Below are positions 47,554-59,380 of a DNA stretch of 64,000 bases, in pieces (the first letter of the stretch is position 1; each line of letters starts with the position of its first letter). Origin of the DNA: an uncultured Verrucomicrobiae bacterium (GTDB lineage Bacteria; Verrucomicrobiota; Verrucomicrobiia; Chthoniobacterales; UBA10450); the NCBI GenBank assembly GCA_963726745.1, contig CAVSDR010000005.1, positions 108,056 through 172,055 of the forward strand, written 5' to 3'. The notes beneath the pieces were generated by a model. It was not told where the DNA came from. It did no database searches and saw nothing but the letters and a program-made list of their open reading frames with translations. A program made the translations under genes and the position numbers.

Positions 47554-49479
47554 CTAACGAGTTATCCGCATGCGACCGAGTGGAAGCGGCGGAGCCAGTA
47601 ACGGAATCTCCGCCCCGGTCTTGGGCTGCCAGGTGGCACGCGACCGGTCCATGAAAAGAAGCTCGCCCTCAAATTCGCCGGGAGCGAGATCGGCTGGCGG
47701 ATTAACCAACCATTTCTCTACATAAAGGCCTTCGCCCGCTTCCGGCGCGGCGAGTCCGCGCTGCAGGATGAAAGGCGGTCCGCCATTGCCTGGTCTTAGG
47801 CGAAGCACCATCCATGGGAAGACTTCCCGTTCCACACCGAATTGCCAGGTTAAGGTTAACTCGAGTGCTTCCCGTGATGAGAAATTAGCCGACGATTTCT
47901 CAATTTTGAGGAGCTTCGTTCCCGCGCCCATTTCGATTACCGAGACGGCATTCTCCAGCGCGGGCGCGGCGCGCTTTTCCACCCGTCGCAGAAGCGTTAG
48001 CTCGTTCTGCGAGACGGATTCCCATTGCGCTTTGACCAGGAAATCGTGGAGCAATTCCTCGCTCGAGGGGAACGCTTCGCCGCGGGCTGTGCGCATGCGC
48101 GGATGGAAGTAACCCGACCCCGGATCGAAGGTCGCCTGGTCGCCGTAATCCAGGAGCACGTAATCGGTCGGCGGCGGTGGCTGGAAACGTTCACGGCTAA
48201 GGGTGCGCAGGCCTTTGAGAATGTAATGGAGCGAGTGCAGTCGCTCGCGCAGCGCCAAGTGAGTGAGGTAGGGAAGCGGCGCGACCACGCTCGCTTCCGC
48301 CGGGATCGCGCGCAGGAATTCCTCCTTCCGTAATCGATCCGCTCGGCCACCCGACCATTCCTGCGCCGTGCGCAGCATGCCCGCGGCCGGGCCGATCCAA
48401 AGTTGCCCAATGAGACAGGCGGCGAGAATTGCCGGCGGCAGCCAGCGTTGGCCCCGGCGAAAACCAGCCACCGCTTCGACCGTGGCCAGCCAACAAAGCG
48501 GCAAGAGCGGCGCGGCGTAATGAAAGAAAACCGTCCACTCCGACGAGCGCCAGGAAAGCAAGTGCTGCAGCAAAACAGGCAGCGCGATCAACAGCCAATG
48601 TGGCCGCAAGAGTGGCAGCGCCAGGAATGGGAGCAGCAGGGCCCAGAGCAAATTGCCGTGAGCTAACGAGTGGCCGAGCGCGCCCAGGGCGAGCTGAGGT
48701 TGCAGGATAAAATTGCGCAGGATCTCGCCGCCGGATGCACCCAAGCGATCGTAGAGTGCGAGGTAATCGATGTTCCCGGAGTTCAACGCCGGCGTGATCA
48801 CCTTGCTGGAAAAAATAAACCAACCGAGCGCGCCCAGCATCGGCCAGGCATACCAGCGCAGCAGCTCGCGCCCTCCGCGTCGGCGCTCCCGCCAGGCCTC
48901 GACCACACAAAAAGCCGCCAATAACAGCGCCATGTTTTCCTTGCAGGCGAGCACCGCGGCGAACCAGCACCAGTAAGCGCCTACTCGTCGGCGCAGGCGC
49001 GCGTGCCACAGGAGCAAAAGGAAGGGAGCGGTCAGCGCTTCCGGGTGAAACTCGTGCAGCGCCACGTAACCCGTGGCCGGGATAAGCAGGAGGGCCAGCG
49101 CCAGCAGGACGCTCGCCGTTTCGCCTATGCCGGACCGGCGCGCGATCCGGTAGCCGACAAGTCCCATCGAGGCGAGCCCGAGGTTTTGCAGGACCACAAA
49201 GGTCATCGGATGCGGGAAGAGGAAGAAGATCGGCGCGATAAGCAGAACGATCGGCTCCACGTGGTTGCCGAGCAGCGGGACGTATTGCACCGAGACCTCG
49301 AGGCGTCCGTGGATCAATTGCCAGAGCGCCTGCACGTAGTAGGCCAGGTCAAAGGTGCGATAGGCGAAACCGGCCCAGCGGGCCGCGGAAGTGGCGGTCC
49401 AGGCGAGGAAGCAAAGCAGCGCCACGCCTGCCACCAGCGTCGCGCCGCGGCCGTCGTTTCGCTCGCTCTCCCCGTGCAC
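47554..49479 (-). CDS. DUF2079 domain-containing polytopic membrane protein (GT-C-like)
   Basis: 641 aa. ..YRTFDLAYYVQALWQLIHGRLEVSVQYVPLLGNHVEPIVLLIAPIFFLF.. is typical of DUF2079, followed by a large C-terminal extracytoplasmic part. The TAG stop lies inside a motif copy. Confidence 0.65.
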   Translation of the reverse strand: MHGESERNDGRGATLVAGVALLCFLAWTATSAARWAGFAYRTFDLAYYVQALWQLIHGRLEVSVQYVPLLGNHVEPIVLLIAPIFFLFPHPMTFVVLQNLGLASMGLVGYRIARRSGIGETASVLLALALLLIPATGYVALHEFHPEALTAPFLLLLWHARLRRRVGAYWCWFAAVLACKENMALLLAAFCVVEAWRERRRGGRELLRWYAWPMLGALGWFIFSSKVITPALNSGNIDYLALYDRLGASGGEILRNFILQPQLALGALGHSLAHGNLLWALLLPFLALPLLRPHWLLIALPVLLQHLLSWRSSEWTVFFHYAAPLLPLCWLATVEAVAGFRRGQRWLPPAILAACLIGQLWIGPAAGMLRTAQEWSGGRADRLRKEEFLRAIPAEASVVAPLPYLTHLALRERLHSLHYILKGLRTLSRERFQPPPPTDYVLLDYGDQATFDPGSGYFHPRMRTARGEAFPSSEELLHDFLVKAQWESVSQNELTLLRRVEKRAAPALENAVSVIEMGAGTKLLKIEKSSANFSSREALELTLTWQFGVEREVFPWMVLRLRPGNGGPPFILQRGLAAPEAGEGLYVEKWLVNPPADLAPGEFEGELLFMDRSRATWQPKTGAEIPLLAPPLPLGRMRITR

Positions 49480-49569
49480 GCACTCCGCTTAGCCCGCGCC
49501 TGTGCCGGGCACAAGCGCCGCCGCTCGCGGATGGCTCTTTGCAGCCTAACGAAAAATTCTTCGGAAGCG

Positions 49570-49585
49570 CGGCACCGCTCCTGCT
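49570..49585 (+). promoter_or_regulatory. sigma-54 -24/-12 promoter upstream of pilin copy A'
   Basis: CGGCACcgctcCTGCT with GG (49571-2) and GC (49583-4) at canonical spacing. It shares GGCACC-N4-CTGCTTTTA with the copy A promoter. Confidence 0.6.
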
Positions 49586-49625
49586 TTTAGCAAGACCTGT
49601 CAGTTCGTCCCACCCGGACGCAATC

Positions 49626-50128
49626 AAAAAACCAAACCAGAGCAGTAACCAGAAAGAACCAGCAAGATGTTAAACAAATTGAACAAGAATCGCGGGGGCT
49701 TCACCCTCGTGGAAATCATGATCGTGGTCGCGATTATCGCCCTCCTGGCGGCGATCGCCGTCCCCGGCTTCCTCCGTGCCCGCAAGCGCTCGCAGGCCAG
49801 CCGGATCATCAACGATCTGCGCCTGATCGACAGCGCGGTCGACCAGTATGCGATCGAAACCAACAAGACCTCGGGCGCGACCGTGCTCGTGGCCGATTGG
49901 ACCAACTACCTGAAGAAAGGGCACCAACCTCTACGTGACCGGGGCGGACCTCTTCGGCAACACCTACGGCAACCAGGCCGTCGACAAACTCCCGAGCGTG
50001 CCCACGGCGACCAAGACCGCCCTCTCGGACGTGACCGACAACACCTTCTGGTCTCCGTATAACTAAGCCAAGACCCTTCACCCACCTGTCATCCCCGCAC
50101 CCCGCGGGGGTGGCAGGCAGTGAGTGGT
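49626..50128 (+). repeat. direct repeat copy 2
   Basis: See 47060..47549. The extra 12 bp (agcagtaaccag, 49641-49652) looks like a local duplication of aaccag. Confidence 0.9.
49667..50066 (+). pseudogene. pilin copy A' with 1-nt insertion (frameshift after codon 85)
   Basis: Identical to copy A through ..NYLKKG. Copy A has GGGACCAACC and A' has GGGCACCAACC (extra C at 49922). The shifted frame stays open to TAA 50060-50062, and the original frame would end at 50066. Confidence 0.8.
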
Positions 50129-50223
50129 CAGCCTAAACCTAAACCAAAATAAAACAGCTGCTTCTCTGCCAGTGAACCTACCGGAACGCTGGTCCCGTTA
50201 ACCCTACCGAAAGAACCAAACCA

Positions 50224-50628
50224 ATGCTAAACCAACTCTCTAAGAAAAGCCGCGCGGGTTTCACCCTCGTGGAAATCATGATCGTCGTGGCGATCATCGC
50301 CCTCCTCGCCGCCATCGCCGTGCCCGGCTTCCTGCGCGCCCGCAAGCGGTCCCAGGCCAGCAAGGTAATTAACGATCTGCGCATGATTGATTCCGCGATG
50401 GACCAGTATGCCATCGAAAAAGGCAAGAAGAGCGGCGACCCGATCGCGGTGGACGACTGGATCGCCTACGTGAAGAAGGACACCCAGCTCTACGCGACCG
50501 GCGCCGATTTGTTCGGTCACTCCTACGGCGACCAGACGGTCGACTCCCTGCCGAAAGTTCCGCAGGCGACCTATGACGCTCTTTCCGACGTGGCCGACAC
50601 CTCCTTCTGGTCGCCCTTCAATCAGTAG
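50224..50628 (+). CDS. prepilin-type N-terminal cleavage/methylation domain protein, paralog B
   Basis: 134 aa. MLNQLSKKSRAGFTLVEIMIVVAIIALLAAIAVPGFLRARKRSQ.., colinear with copy A (..YATGADLFGHSYGDQTVDSLPKVP..FWSPFNQ). Confidence 0.9.
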   Translation: MLNQLSKKSRAGFTLVEIMIVVAIIALLAAIAVPGFLRARKRSQASKVINDLRMIDSAMDQYAIEKGKKSGDPIAVDDWIAYVKKDTQLYATGADLFGHSYGDQTVDSLPKVPQATYDALSDVADTSFWSPFNQ

Positions 50629-50720
50629 CCTTACTCGACTGTAACTCCGGGAAGCGTCCTTTCGTCATCGTGCGGAAGGACGCTTTCTGCGCTTAAAAGC
50701 AGCTTCTTCGACTGGAACCC

Positions 50721-52791
50721 ATGGAAGCCACTCTTAGCTGGAAAACTCTCCCTGCGCCCGAGTCTCTCCCGGACACGCGCGGCGCCCTTCTGCGTCATCC
50801 TTGTTTCCACGCCTTCCTTCTCTTGGTGGTCGGCTTTCTGGTTCGTCTGCCCGCGCTCCAGGGGACGCCACTCTGGGACGATGATTACCTTGTCGCGGAG
50901 AATCCTTTCATCCGCAGCCCGCTGCTTATTCCGGAAGCTTTCCGGCATTACCTTTTCCCGGATGGCTTCGGCTCGCATTACCGTCCGGTGCAAAACGTTT
51001 CCTTTGCGCTCGACTATTGGTTCTGGAACACCGACGCCTACGGCTTTCACCTGACCAATGTCCTGCTGCACCTAACGAGTGCAGTCTTTCTCTACCTGCT
51101 CCTGCGGCGTTTGCTTCCGGGCTTGGTCGGCCGCACTCACGGCGCCATGGTGGCTTTTGCGGTCGCGTTCCTTTGGGTGCTGCATCCGGTGCATAGCGCA
51201 GCGATCGATTACATCTCCGGGCGGGCGGATAGCCTGGCCTTTGCCTTCGCCAGCGGCGGCTGGCTGCTTTTCTTGCGGGCCGAGCAGGGCGCGGGGAGGC
51301 GCAAGGTTGCCGGCTATCTAGGCGCGGCCCTCTGCGGTTTGCTGGCGCTGGCCTCGCGCGAGAGCGCGCTCGTCTGGCTGGGAATTTTCCTCCTGCACAC
51401 CTTCGCTTTTCGCGCCGGTCTTTCCTGGAAATGGAAAGCCACCTGCCTCGCCGCCTGCCTCGCGCTCGTGGCCGGTTACGCCGGCTTGCGCAGCCTCCCA
51501 CAACGCCAGTCCGGCCCGCCCAAGTCCGAGCCCACGAGCGCGCCCGTGCGCGCCGTGCTTATGCTCCGCGCGCTGGGCGATTACGGGCGGCTGATGCTTT
51601 GCCCGACCACGCTCTACATGGAGCGGAGCGTGCTCGACCCGGAGAATTACCTCAACACCCCGAGCTGGAGGAAGTCGGTCAAGACGGAATACCTCTCGTT
51701 AAGCGGAGCGCTCCTCCTGGCGGCTTTCGCGTTCGGTTGTGCCCGTCGCGGCGCCGGGCGCCAGCTGCGGGTCTTCGGCAGCGCCTGGTTTTTTGCCGGC
51801 TACCTGCCGGTTTCCAATTTGCTCGACTTGAACGCCAACGTCGCCGAGCACTGGCTTTACCTCCCGAGCGTCGGCTTTCTCCTCGTCCTCGCCGGCTGGG
51901 TTCTGGAGTTCTCTCCGCGTGGTCAGCGGGTCGCGGTCGTGGTTGCCTTGCTCGCCGCTGGCGGGTTGGGCGGGCGCGCCTATGTCCGCAGCACCGATTG
52001 GGTCAGCCCAAAGATATTCTACCAGCGCACCATGACTGCCGGCGGCTCCAGCACTCGCGTGGCCGCGAACCTCGGCCTGATCTACCTGAATGAGGGCGAG
52101 TACGTAAAAGCCGAATCCATCTTTCGCCGCATCCTTCAGCTCACGCCGGATTACCCAACCGCGCGAAACAATCTTGCCGAGGCGCTCTATCGCCAGGGGA
52201 AGCATGCGGAAGGCGAGGCGATGTTCACCAACTCCAAGGTCGCCGCGCAGGAGACGCGGAAGGAATATCCACGCACCTGGGTGGCTGCGCTCAACCTGGC
52301 GCACATCCGGCATAATGCGCACGACGACGCCGCCGCGATCGTGCTCCTGGAGCAGGCGCGGAAGGATTACCCGAACGTCTGGCAGATCATTCGCTTCGAA
52401 TCAGAAGTCCTCCGCCAAACCGAGGGACCGGCTGCGGCCGCGGAGTTGGTCTCTGCGTTTGCGGTCGGAACATTGGTGGCACTACGGCGCCACGATCGCG
52501 CTCGGGCAATTGCTCGCGGAAAAAGGCGACGCCGAGGCTGCGGTCGCGCAATTGCGTTTTGCCAGCTGGCTCGATGTGCATGACGCCGAGGCCCTGCGCC
52601 TGATCGCGGGCGTGCGCCAGCGGCAGGGCCTGCTCGAGGAGGCGCGAATCGCGCAGGCGCGCGCTATTCGGCGTCAGCCCGATCAGCCAACGCTTTACCG
52701 CTCGTTAGCCGACATTCTCACGCTGCTGGGCCGGCGCGAGGAGGCGCGGGCGCGCGCTCGCGCAAATGTCCGCGCTCGAAGCGTTGGCTAA
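50721..52791 (+). pseudogene. TMTC-like membrane protein (GT-C/DUF1736-like N-terminal domain + C-terminal TPR repeats) with 1-nt frameshift
   Basis: The N-terminal domain reads ..LWDDDYLVAENPF..HYRPVQNVSFALDYWFWNTDAYGFHLTNVLLH.. The TPRs are RVAANLGLIYLNEGEYVKAESIFRRILQLTPDYPTARNNLAEALY... ORF 50721..52583 becomes nonsense after ..ELVSAFAV. ORF 52174..52791 continues EHWWHYGATIALGQLLAEKGDAEAAVAQLRFASWLD... Confidence 0.7.
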
Positions 52792-52856
52792 GACCAGCAT
52801 CGCCGCGAATTGATCCGCGTTTCTGCGCGCGGCCGCTCGTGCTAGCGTCCGCCGGC

Positions 52857-53783
52857 ATGCAAATCATCGTCCTGGGCGCCGGCGCCATCGGCAGTCTCCT
52901 TGGCGCCAAGCTCGCGGAGGCCAACGAGGTCACGCTCATTGGCCGCCCTGAGCACGTGCGCGCGATTCAGGCCGAAGGCCTGCGCGTGACGGGCCGCGAG
53001 GAACGCGTGGTGCGGGTGCGCGCCGCGACCGCGGTCGAGCGGGTGGAGCCCGACACCTGCATCCTCCTGACCACCAAAGTGCCGGCTAATCGCGCGGTGC
53101 TTGCGCCGCTGGCGCCGTTACTGCGCGCGGATACCACCGTCATCGCGCTGCAAAATGGACTCGCGAGCGAAGAGGAAGCGCGCGCGGTTCTGCCGGCGGA
53201 GGTCGTTGTTTTACGCGGGCTCACGCAACTCGGCGCGATCTTCGAGGCGCCCGGCAGCGTGCGTTACATGGTCGCCGGCGAGACTCTCCTGCAGGCTCAT
53301 CCGCGCAGCGAAAGCGTGGCCGTGCTTTTCCGCGCCGCCGGCCTGCCCTGCCGCACCGTGCCCGACATTCGCCGCGACGTCTGGCGCAAGCTCATCTTCA
53401 ACTGCGTGGTCAATCCCATCACCGCCCTGCTCGGCGCGGAGGTGGGGACGATCGCCGATGAAGGCCTCGACCCACTCAAGCGCCTCGTGCTCGCGGAATG
53501 CCTCGCGGTGGCCGCGGCCGAGGGCGTGCACTTCGAGGAGGATTTCCTCGGCGAACTCAACGCCCTCTACGCGCCCTCGCGCAACGTCGTCTCGATGCTG
53601 CAGGATCTCCGGCGCGGACGCTCGACGGAAATCGAGCACCTCAACGGCGCCGTGGTTTCGTTAGGCAAAAAACACCGCCTCGCCTGCCCGGTGAACACCG
53701 CGCTCGCGGCGATCGTCCGCGAGCTCGAGCGCGCGGCCGCGCCTACTCTTCCCAGAGAAAGTGCTCCAGCCGCAGACGACTGA
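52857..53783 (+). CDS. panE: 2-dehydropantoate 2-reductase (ketopantoate reductase)
   Basis: ATG 52857: MQIIVLGAGAIGSLLGAKLA (Rossmann GxGxxG) ... NPITALLGAEVG...SMLQDLRRGRSTEIEHLNG (ApbA_C). Confidence 0.8.
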   Translation: MQIIVLGAGAIGSLLGAKLAEANEVTLIGRPEHVRAIQAEGLRVTGREERVVRVRAATAVERVEPDTCILLTTKVPANRAVLAPLAPLLRADTTVIALQNGLASEEEARAVLPAEVVVLRGLTQLGAIFEAPGSVRYMVAGETLLQAHPRSESVAVLFRAAGLPCRTVPDIRRDVWRKLIFNCVVNPITALLGAEVGTIADEGLDPLKRLVLAECLAVAAAEGVHFEEDFLGELNALYAPSRNVVSMLQDLRRGRSTEIEHLNGAVVSLGKKHRLACPVNTALAAIVRELERAAAPTLPRESAPAADD

Positions 53784-56149
53784 GGCGTCCTTTCGCTTCC
53801 TCGCTCCGGGCGCCGCCGGCAAAGGCAAGCTTTTCGTAGATCGCGGCCGCGGGTTGCCACTGGTTTTGCTCCTCGAGCAGACGCGCCGCATTGAATCCGG
53901 CCTTGTAGAACCAGAAGAACTCCCGCCGCCGATCAGGCCGGCCGCCGTCGTCGAGCACTTCGTAGAACGCCGCCAGCGCTTCCTCCGGTTTTTCGAGCCG
54001 CTCAAGGCACATTCCTTTCTTGAAAAGCGCCTGGTTTTTCCAATGCGCGGGGACGCCAGATTCGTTTGCCAGCTGATTGTAGGCCTCGATCGCGCGCGTG
54101 TAATTCTCCGGCGCATTCGCGCCCAAATCGTAGAGCACATCACCCTGGCCGCAGCGCGCTTCGCGCTTCTCCGGCGCAGCCGCGTCGCCCTTCAAGACTT
54201 CCTCATAAAGCGTGAGCGCGTCCTGCGGTTTGCCCAGTTTCCGCTCGATCACCGCCTGCTCGTTGCGCGCGGCCCATTTCCATTCGCCGCCCGCTTTCAC
54301 CACTTCGTCGAAGAGCTCGAGGGCCCGCTCGAGTGCGCCGGGATTCATGCTTTGCATGGCCGCTTCCGCGGCGAAAAAGAGCGCTTTCCGCGCGAGCGGC
54401 GCGGCGGGGTCGATCTGGGCGAGGATCTCGAATTGCGTCTGCGCGTTCGCGAAATCCTGCCGGCGATAATGCAGCTCTGCCAGCTTTAGCCGCACCTCCG
54501 GGAGGAGCGCGCTCTGGGGATATTTGGCAACAAATTCATTCGCCCGCGCGATCGCCTTGGTTTCGTTAGGCGCGGCCTCGTCCAGCCAGATGCGCAAGTA
54601 GTCAGCGCGCTCGCTCGCGGCCGGGTCGGCCGGCGCCTCCGCGGCGCGGGCGAGGAATTGGCCAGCCTCTTCCAGCCGTGGCGGCGCGGCGTGGAACGCC
54701 ATTTCCGCGAGCGCCACGAAAGCCTCGGCGGCGCGCGGATGTTTCGGGGAGGTGCGGGTGAACTGAACCAGCGCCTCGGGCTCGCCGCGCCGGGCCTTGA
54801 GCAACGCATCCTCCAGCGCGAGATCCGTGGCCGCGCCGCGGTCGGCCAGCGCCTGGGCCGCAGTCGCCGCTTCCGGCGCTTTCTCCGCTTCCATCCAGGC
54901 GAGCGAAGCGTTAAAGCGCGCGGCCGGCTGCTCCACGCGCAGGAAAGTTTCCGCCGCGTGCACGTAGTTTCCCCCTGCGAATTCCGCGCGCGCGATCGCA
55001 AAGTCGACCCGTTCCCGCGCTGCTCCGCTCACCGGCAACGCGCGCGCCTTTTCCAGGATGGCGCGCGCTTCTTCCGTCTGTCCGTCCTGCAATTTCAGCT
55101 GTGCAAATTCGATGAAAGCGTCGGCTAAATCCGGCAGCGGCGGATGCTCCGCGCGCAGTTGCGCGAAGGCGGCGAGCGCGGCCTCGCGATGGCCCAGGCG
55201 AAGTTCGGCGCGCGCGAGATACCATTGCGCGAGCGCGCGGCGCGGCTGCGCTGGCTCGCGGCTCCAGCGCCCGAGATCGTGGCGCGCCTGCCGCCGCTCC
55301 GCCGCGTAGAGTTGGTCGAGCTTCGCGAAGAGCGCGGGCAGGGCTTCGTCGCCCGGATAATGCTCGATGTAATTCTCCAGGAAATCATCGCCGTTCTCCG
55401 GCGTGCCCAGGCGGAGGTGCGCATCCGCGAGCGCAAAAAGCGTGGCCTGCAGGACGGCGTGACGGGCCCCGCGCGGGCGCCGCAAAATCGAGGCATACAT
55501 GTTGAGCGCGCGCTGCGGGCGATTCGTCGCCCAGGCGATGCGGCCGCCGAGGAGACGGCGCTCGCGACGCTCGCTGTCGCTCTTCGCATTCACGGAATCG
55601 AGCAGGCGTTGCGCGGCGCCGACTTCGTTTTTGCGCGAGCAAAATTTCCGTGGCCGCGAAGCGCGCGCGCACGCTCCAACGCGGTTCGCGGGCGAGGCGG
55701 GTGAGCAACTCGAGCGCTTCATCCGAGCGGCCGAGCGCGCGCAACGCTTCCGCCTGGCCCATGAGCGCATCGCTTCGCCAAGGGAGGATCACTTCGGTGG
55801 CGCTGGTGGCGAAAAGCGGGAGCGCCTCGGCCCAGCGCCCGAGCGCGGCGAAAGCCTGCGCGCGATGGAAATTTTGCCTCGGCAGAAGCCTGCACCAAAG
55901 GGTCGGCTAAAACTTCCAGCGCGGCTTGCGGTTCCCCCGCGGCCACGAGGGCTTCGCCCAATTTCACGGTCGCGGCGCGGCGCTCGTCCTCGGGCAATTT
56001 CCCCGCCGCGAGGAGCGCGCGCAGACGCACGACCGCAACCTGCGGCACGCCTTCCTGCAGCGGCTGAACCGCGCGCGCGAGTTCTCCGGGCAAGGCTTGC
56101 GCCCCGGCGGTGAGCACGAGTGCGAGCGCGAGGAAAACAGCCAGCACTT

Positions 56150-56153
<4 letters not shown>
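53743..56153 (-). pseudogene. secreted TPR-repeat protein, two 1-nt frameshifts in the N-terminal quarter
   Basis: The signal peptide MKVLAVFLALALVLTAGAQA starts at ATG 56153, which overlaps the uvrA stop as ATGA. Three frames must be joined: 56153-frame (..ASAEAKF) -> ORF 55385..55792 frame (HRAQAFAALGRWAEALPLF...AATEILLAQK) -> ORF 53743..55770 frame (NEVGAAQRLLDSV...). The body is TPR-like throughout. Confidence 0.7.
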
Positions 56154-59035
<2,882 letters not shown>

Positions 59036-59105
59036 CGGACGACAAAGGTCGAACCGTGCAGCTAAGCAGCTACTGCTTCATTTTCCAGCCCATTTACCTT
59101 TACTC

Positions 59106-59366
59106 ATGAGCGATTCAGAGCGGACGATTTCCCAGGAAGAGCTGGTCGTGTTGCAGAAAAAATTCAGCGAGATCAAGCACTCGATCAACAACGCCCTCGC
59201 CGTCATGATGGCGCTCTCGGAGATGTCGCAGCGCCGCCCGGATTACTCGGAAAAGCTCGCGAGCACGGTGCTGACGAAGGCGCCGCAGATCGTTTCCAGC
59301 CTGCAGGAATTCACCCAGGCTTTGAACGAGAAAGCCGGCCCGAAGCCCGAAGGCATTCCGGGTTAG
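59106..59366 (+). CDS. small (86 aa) helical protein with histidine-kinase DHp-like H-box, unknown function
   Basis: ATG 59106 inside ORF 58899..59366: MSDSERTISQEELVVLQKKFSEIKHSINNALAVMMALSEM... The rest of the long ORF is antisense to uvrA. Confidence 0.45.
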   Translation: MSDSERTISQEELVVLQKKFSEIKHSINNALAVMMALSEMSQRRPDYSEKLASTVLTKAPQIVSSLQEFTQALNEKAGPKPEGIPG

Positions 59367-59380
59367 GCAGCGACTTCACT

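Noticed and set aside
50130-50223. A third sigma-54 promoter upstream of pilin paralog B (CGGAACgctggtcCCGT)
   Set aside because: GG is present, but the -12 position carries CC instead of GC at canonical spacing, so it is not a convincing match. Paralog B may be read through from upstream or use another promoter.
27-54997. Apparent excess of the palindrome GCGATCGC (HIP1-like), about 11 copies noticed
   Set aside because: The enrichment over composition is only modest (a few-fold by rough estimate). It is readily explained by frequent GCG-ATC-GCC (Ala-Ile-Ala) codon strings in this GC-rich genome. It is not comparable to the CTCGTTAG signal.
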